From NCBI RefSeq assembly GCF_037042905.1, contig NC_087252.1, positions 3,288,001 through 3,352,000 of the forward strand: a stretch of 64,000 nucleotides of DNA. The letters run 5' to 3'. This document shows, in pieces, positions 60,630 to 64,000 of the stretch. Both the position numbers and the translations under genes were made by a program. The stretch's first letter is position 1. Every line of letters starts with the position of its first letter. The DNA comes from Lytechinus pictus (Eukaryota). The notes under the pieces were generated by a model. It did no database searches, was not told the DNA's origin, and saw only the letters and a program-made list of their open reading frames with translations.

Positions 60630-61464
60630 ATGAGATGAGGCAAGGCCAACTCAACAGATGACGCAGGACACCATTATTTGCTTTAGCTTTCGTCTTTTAA
60701 TTGAGACTTCGTCAGAAGCGTCTGAAAAATATAAGGAGATACAACATCCAAGTTTGTTTTGCACATCAATGAATTATCACCAAGTTGAATATATTCCATA
60801 ATGACAAATTAATGAATGAACAGATAAATAAAGTAATGAATAATACATAATTAATTCAATTAAAATAATAATGATATAAATGAAAAAGACATACCTGTAA
60901 TTACAGACTATTGTGATAGTTAAGTATGACCGTATCCTATCTCGTTCTTTAGGAAAGTGGCAAAAATTGCAAAAAGAAAACATTGGTTGCTAGGTGGTGA
61001 AAGCGCAAAGCGCATTGGTAATGCGCATAAAATTTATGTCACAATGAGTATGAATATTCATGATATTAGATATCGTAAGCTAGCAACCAATGTTTTCTTT
61101 TTGCAATTTTTGCCACTTTCCTAAAGAACGAGATAGGATACGGTCATACTTAACTATCACAATAGTCTGTAATTACAGGTATGTCTTTTTCATTTATATC
61201 ATTATTATTTTAATTGAATTAATTATTTATTATTCATTACTTTATTTATCTGTTCATTCATTAATTTGTCATTATGGAATATATTCAACTTGGTGATAAT
61301 TCATTGATGTGCAAAACAAACTTGGATGTTGTATCTCCTTATATTTTTCAGACGCTTCTGACGAAGTCTCAATTAAAAGACGAAAGCTAAAGCAAATAAT
61401 GGTGTCCTGCGTCATCTGTTGAGTTGGCCTTGCCTAGCGATTGGTAGAAGTAAACTTATCATCA

Positions 61465-61470
<6 letters not shown>
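60630..61470. mobile_element. Penelope-like inverted pseudo-LTR pair in a (TA)n tract
   Basis: 356-bp arms 60638-60993 and 61080-61435 (one mismatch seen), 86-bp spacer, (TA)n flanks, and a hammerhead motif in each arm. Confidence 0.75.
61354..61393 (+). ncRNA. Minimal type I hammerhead ribozyme motif (mirror copy at 60680-60719, minus strand)
   Basis: GCTT-CTGACGA-A-GTCT-caattaaa-AGAC-GAAA-GC-TA-AAGC. Stem I GCUU/AAGC, intact CUGANGA and GAAA cores, stem II GUCU/AGAC, palindromic AGCU stem III. Confidence 0.7.
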
Positions 61471-61503
<33 letters not shown>

Positions 61504-62814
61504 CCCGATACGCCATATCGCCCCCTCAAACTTTTTGCCTTATGACGCCATTATCTGTTCCATGATATATGACCGGGAAATTATTGGCTCTTGCCCCCCC
61601 TGGCAACCGACCCCTGTTACGCCGCTGGTATGGGTCCTTCTGCAGTCAGGCTCTCACGACCACACCCGTTGGCTCTGCTCTACATGTAGTTCCCACCGTT
61701 GTCTGCTCCGGACCTCCGACCGTCTGCTTCAGACCAGCAATCATCCGCTTCAGACCAACCCGTCTGCTCCGGACCACCAGCCGTCTGCTCCAGGCTCCGA
61801 ACCGTCCGCCTCCAGACTACCAAGAGAGCAAGCCCTGGTATAGTCTCTTGCTGGCGTGCAAAAGACCCAACACACAAGGAAATCTAACCACAGTCGTCGC
61901 CTAGGACTAGAGATCCATCCTAGGTTTCCCCGTGGAAAGACATGCGAACGATCAAATAAATCATTTCGATCGCATCCACCAACTTTATTTATTGGATAGC
62001 GAATCCGAATCAATCTGCATACTTTACGTGCAATGCCACCCGTGGGCGCCGTATTTTAACAGATTATTGGCAATGCCACACAAGCACACAATCTTAACGT
62101 ACTTGTGCATTAATTATACATTTTCTGTTAAAGTTAACCTCTGCTACAATCTTAGATTAGCTATAACTTTGCTCTCCGAAATCGGATATGCATGAATGAC
62201 ATATCATATTAAAGCATTTATTTAGATCAAGCTAGTGATAACCACAATAACCAGTTAAACATCTCCAGTAAATTGTTATACAACAAAAACGGTCCAAAAC
62301 ATGCATAACTTTCATGTTGTTATCTACGTCATTATTAGTGTAGAAACATGCATGTAGTATCGCCAGCTACGACAAAATCATTATAAATCAACCAAAAATA
62401 ATTTTCTACACACGAAATAAAACCCATTTCGTGACAATATATATAAATTATGCGTGAGTGTGTCTGAGTACATCATATTCATGATTACAAAGTGTGCTTA
62501 GTACAATAGAGCTTTCTTGGCGAAAAAAAAAGATATTTTCGGCTTGTCAATCGTGCTCGCAATATTTCATGGGTGAGATATGAATTTTATGAGACACTGA
62601 CAAGGGGTACTTTTGCAGGTCACTATATTCATGATATTAACATTTTCAGCTTATATAGATATAAACAATGAACGTGTTTATGTCTACGCAATTGTACCAT
62701 CATGAAAAGTTTAACAAAAGTATATAGCTCGATTACCATACCATTATTTTGGAATGAAATAGATAATTTATAGGTGCAAATTTTCTGGTAACTTAAGGTG
62801 GGCTAAATGCATGG

Positions 62815-63467
62815 AAAGTAGCAATTGCTGGCAATCAATTATTGTTTCAAGCACAAGCAATAGCCAAGCAAAAAATTCATGCCCCATCAATTTGTTTATT
62901 TCATATGCATAACCATTTGCTAATGCTTGAACACCTTTCTTATCTGAAAAAAAAGCAATTGCTAGCGGTTTGTACAAACAAGACTCACAGAAAAGGCAGG
63001 ACTCGAAAGCAAAGATGTGGTGACCAGTACAAATTACCGCTTCTTTCATATAATATCTTTTCCTTAGACGTGGTGTCTAGCAACTTGTTTTCTTTTCAAT
63101 AAAAGTATATGTTTAGTATATGTTTAGCATATACTTTGCACTTACTAAAAAAAAGGTGCTTGTTGGCTACTCTACACCTTGGGGTTCTCTCTCAGGTGCA
63201 TAAACATGATTAAATGCAAACGCCCTCATCGAGCAAACGCTTAAGCTGCTCTGACGGAGCTCGAAAAACCCCAAGCAAGGGCTTAAACGCACAAGCAAAA
63301 TGTTTGCCCAATGCATACGCTTATTAGAAATATATAGATAGCTTAATCGTCAAGGAAGTGCTAGCAGTCAGTTAGTGACTAGCAAAAGCATTTGCTTGCT
63401 CATTTGTATGCATACGGAATCAAGCAAAAGCCAAGGAAAAGCCTAACAAAAGCAATTGCTACCTTTT
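62815..63467. mobile_element. Possible MITE rich in GCAATTGCT/AAGCA motifs
   Basis: AAAGTAGCAATTGCT at 62815 vs AGCAATTGCTACCTTT at ~63451, with recurrent internal AGCA/TGCT motifs. Ends uncertain. Confidence 0.35.
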
Positions 63468-64000
63468 ATACATTTGACACATTATCAAAAATATTAAAAT
63501 ACATAATAACTCTTGATATAACTATGTATCAAAACTGTTACTTGATTTGAAAGGCGTTAGAAGATGCCAGGAAGGGGGTACAAAAAAACAACAAAATGGA
63601 CTCGCAACTTCGCGGCTCACGGGTGATGGTCTTTCTGGTCAGCATAAGTCGTGAAATATGGGATCAAATCAATATTTGCTTGAAATCAACATTTGTTTTC
63701 CTGGGCTTTATGACAGGATGTTCTTAGAAATGGGCCAGGTACATGACTGTCCGATTGAATGATACTTTGCATTTATCTCAAAAGTAACTGTAAATGTCGC
63801 AAATTCACCGGAGAGAGCAGACCTGGAAGCGACATCTGACGAGGCCGAGCAGTACTCGGGACGAAACTGCCTGGTATTTAGCGGTAAGCCTGAATGCAAT
63901 AACCTCAGGAACGGTTAAGTTAGGGTCCCCTATAACACAAAAGTTTACGATAAATCATACACTTGATTTACTGTACATGATAGTCAATAGAATTAAACGT

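Larger units (their letters stand above)
59242..61627. mobile_element. Second hAT-like element copy (inverted relative to 47232-51707), hosting a Penelope-like insertion
   Basis: CAGTGGCGTAACAGG...CCTGTTACGCCGCTG. The internal sequence is a diverged reverse complement of the first copy and lacks the Tc1. TSD not recognisable. Confidence 0.75.
58662..62061 (+). mobile_element. Possible solo LTR interrupted by the hAT-like element
   Basis: GC-rich block starting TGTGACGG with short internal tandem motifs (CGACCATA, CAACCACGTCTG, CCGTCTGCTCC) on both sides of the insertion, AATAAA at ~61955, and a ...TAACA end. No TSD found. Confidence 0.35.

Overview
AT-rich eukaryotic (animal) genomic DNA. 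The repeat landscape suggests an echinoderm such as a sea urchin, but that is inference only. There are no prokaryotic features, tRNA/rRNA genes or CRISPR arrays. The core is a tandem segmental duplication (~1313-20009 and ~31558-40767). Each copy carries a minus-strand multi-exon gene for a type I membrane protein: signal peptide, V-like Ig domain, C2-like Ig domain, stalk, TM, 12-nt microexon, and a cytoplasmic tail with YxN and YxxM motifs. Copy B (32949-40627) looks intact. Copy A (4453-19877) has duplicated but broken stalk exons and a frameshifted C-terminus. The rest is a dense nest of transposons. These include two near-identical inverted ~7.2-kb CACTG (EnSpm/CACTA) elements carrying spliceable SAMD3-like exons, Harbinger-, hAT-, Kolobok- and piggyBac-like non-autonomous elements, and LINE fragments. 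There is also a palindromic Tc1 element made of two 3' halves, and two Penelope-like/retrozyme-like repeats with minimal hammerhead ribozyme motifs inserted in (TA)n tracts. All exon models and identities were read by eye, without alignment tools or expression data.
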